Positions 62,719 to 64,000 of a stretch of DNA of 64,000 nucleotides are shown piece after piece (position 1 is the stretch's first letter; each line of letters begins with the position of its first letter). Position numbers and translations under genes: made by a program. Source of the stretch: an uncultured Acidimicrobiia bacterium (lineage in GTDB: Bacteria > Acidobacteriota > Terriglobia > Versatilivoradales > Versatilivoraceae); contig CAWBAT010000007.1 in assembly GCA_963786955.1 (NCBI GenBank), forward strand, positions 64,001 to 128,000, read 5' to 3'. The notes beneath the pieces were generated by a model. That model worked only from the letters and a program-made list of their open reading frames with translations, was not told where the DNA came from and did not search any database.

Positions 62719-62933
62719 GAAATAAATTCTTGAGTGAGCAGACGTAGTTCCATACCTGGACGAAGGGGGAGCGCTGCAGCGAGTGTTCCCTACGATAGGT
62801 AGGGAGCGCAATTGTAGGGAACGGACGCTGTTCCGTTCCTTGTTGAGAGCAGAGATCAATCTCGTATAGTGCTTCAAGTGAAGGAATTTTACGGAGAGCC
62901 TTTCCTGTAGAGATACAGACTGTTAAGGAGATT

Positions 62934-64000
62934 ATGTTAAAGCGAAACATTAGGTTTGTTCCTATGATCTTTTTCTTGTTCTTGACGACCTCAAGGATAG
63001 GCATGACTGGCAAAGTGGCTCTTCCTAGCGTCCAGCAAAGTGCCTGGCAGGATCTCCATATTGGAATGTTCGTACAACTTCGCTCCCAACACCTGGCAAG
63101 ACAAAGAGAATGACGATCTCTCCACGCCGCTTTCTGAAATCAATCCTCAAAACCTTGATACTGAGCAATGGGCCGACACTGCGGTCAAAATGAGAGCAAA
63201 GTACATTGTGTTTGTGGCCAAGCACACGGGCGGGTTTTGCATGTGGCAAACGGAAACAACGGAGTACAGCATCAAGAACATATCCTGGCGAGGGGGGAAA
63301 GGCGATGTCGTTGCGGATCTGGCTGCTTCTTGCAAGAAACGTGGGCTGGGCCTTGGAGTCTATTTGTCAGCTGAAGATCGAAAGCTGGGGGCCGGTTTGT
63401 CAGGAATGTGCAAAACTGCCGAGGAGCAGAATGTCTACAACAATGTTTACAGAAAACAGCTCGCCGAGCTACTCACCAAATACGGCCCAATGGTTGAGAT
63501 CTGGTTTGGCGGCGATTTGGTTGTGCCAGTAAAAGACATCCTTGAAACCTATGCTCCACCAGGCTATGATTTATCAAGGTCCCCTTGCCACCATTCGTTG
63601 GGTCGGAAACCATGCCGGCTGGGCCCCCTATCCGGCCTGGAATGCCGTCGATAATCGGGACGCCCAGACGGGGGGAGCCACCTCGATTCACGGAGATCCC
63701 GACGGAGATACCTGGCTTCCCAATGAGGTGGATGTTTCGCTGCGCAGCCCTTCTTGGTTTTGGAATTCCACCAACCAGAACAAGGTCTTGTCGCTCGATG
63801 ATTTGATCGAAATCTTTTATCGCTCGGTGGGGAGAGGAACGCAGTTGTTGATGAACGTCGCCCCGGATCGAACAGGTTTGATTCCTGTGGCAGATGTTGA
63901 ACGCGCCCAGGAATTTGGAGATGAAATACGGAAGCGCTTTGGCAAAGCCTTGGCTGAGACCCGGGGGACAGGCTACCGCATCGAACTTAAATTTTCGAAA
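62934..64000 (+). pseudogene. GH29 alpha-L-fucosidase with two +1 frameshifts and an altered nucleophile motif; runs off the window
   Basis: AWQDLHIGMFV | FAPNTW (shift ~63076), VAKHTGGFCMW, EIWFGG instead of WFDG, shift ~63559 into QAMIYQGP..IRWVGN..SVGRG..LLMNVAPD. Confidence 0.82.

Overview
Bacterial genomic window with moderate GC. Gene style (Tat-exported sugar enzymes, CRTAC1/ASPIC-UnbV proteins, REP families) suggests an uncultured Acidobacteriota-like organism; this is inference only. Left to right: (1) a circularly permuted ATP-grasp/alpha-E operon behind a sigma70 promoter and a terminator leader carrying an ANTAR-type hairpin; (2) an IS256 remnant, an IS200-type element next to an RMF-like fragment, and a secreted protein with four 110-aa repeats; (3) an integrase remnant, tRNA-Arg(UCG) and a ~8.9-kb island bounded by a duplicated tRNA 3' end, carrying a decaying pentose-phosphate cluster (tkt, rpiB, frameshifted gnd, zwf::tal deletion fusion, pgi) and a CocE/NonD hydrolase; (4) a NO-stress module (Crp/Fnr, ric, NnrS-like, radical SAM/SPASM) with two matching Crp-type boxes; (5) a ~25-kb co-directional locus in which three GH38-like enzymes, a GH106-like enzyme and a Tat-exported enolase-superfamily enzyme are interleaved with two CRTAC1/ASPIC-UnbV proteins, a TPR protein and a membrane-anchored pentaheme cytochrome, headed by Rrf2 and Cys-rich PAS-LuxR regulators. 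This is the best candidate for an undescribed system; (6) thioredoxin-like protein, CYTH-like lipoprotein, carbonic anhydrase, methyltransferases, an FRP-like protein, sua5 and a broken GH29 gene. No CRISPR array or rRNA was seen. All family assignments are by eye from motifs, with no database searches.
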